Source of the DNA: Snowella sp.
Lineage (GTDB): Bacteria > Cyanobacteriota > Cyanobacteriia > Cyanobacteriales > Microcystaceae
Length of the DNA: 14,889 nucleotides
Assembly (NCBI GenBank): GCA_035285545.1
Contig: JAYKGY010000023.1
Coordinates: forward strand, 1 to 14,889
Direction: 5' to 3'
Positions 14,768 to 14,889 of the stretch are shown one piece after another. Each line of letters begins with the position of its first letter. Positions within the stretch are counted from its first letter, which is position 1. A model generated the notes under the pieces. It made no database searches. It saw only the letters and a list, made by a program, of their open reading frames with translations, and was not told the origin of the DNA. The translations under genes were made by a program, and so were the position numbers.

Positions 14768-14889
14768 GAGCCTATCCGAAAAGTCAATAGGAACGAAATT
14801 GGTACATTTTAGCGAACGCTAACTTCACTAGCTAGGTGGACGGTTATTTCCCTAGCAAATGCTCGGATAACTATCTCTCAAATGAGTCC
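14768..14889 (+). mobile_element. Probable left end of a second IS5-family element; IRL GAGCCTATCCGAAAA, preceded by TAA (14765-14767)
   Basis: 14/15 match to the reverse complement of 106-120. The sequence beyond differs from the reverse complement of 1-105, so this is the opposite end rather than an inverted copy. An ATG at 14882 could be a transposase start. Confidence 0.7.

Noticed and set aside
1..14889. CRISPR array, tRNA or rRNA
   Set aside because: No regularly spaced direct repeats or RNA-gene signatures were seen in any intergenic region.

Overview
Cyanobacterial DNA: about 19 HIP1 GCGATCGC octamers counted by eye, plus a psbA gene. The window holds a ~14.6 kb low-oxygen/sulfur island between two matching IS5-family ends (106-120 and 14768-14782, each with TAA on its inner side). 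From the left come a transposase tail, a DUF6717-like remnant and a serine resolvase with a res-like site. Two gene clusters then converge on a hairpin at ~7007-7055. The + cluster encodes the microaerobic D1' (psbA with A80/L158/A286), a SAM methyltransferase, a secreted rhodanese and cytochrome bd (cydAB). The - cluster encodes hdrC1-hdrB1-short hdrA-hdrC2-hdrB2 and an 895-aa cNMP/degenerate-AAA+/membrane Fe-S protein. The main candidate for a new system is this sHdr-like heterodisulfide reductase cluster in an oxygenic phototroph, linked to low-O2 photosystem II and sulfide-tolerant respiration genes and possibly mobile. All family assignments come from motifs and my recall of homologs; no searches were run.
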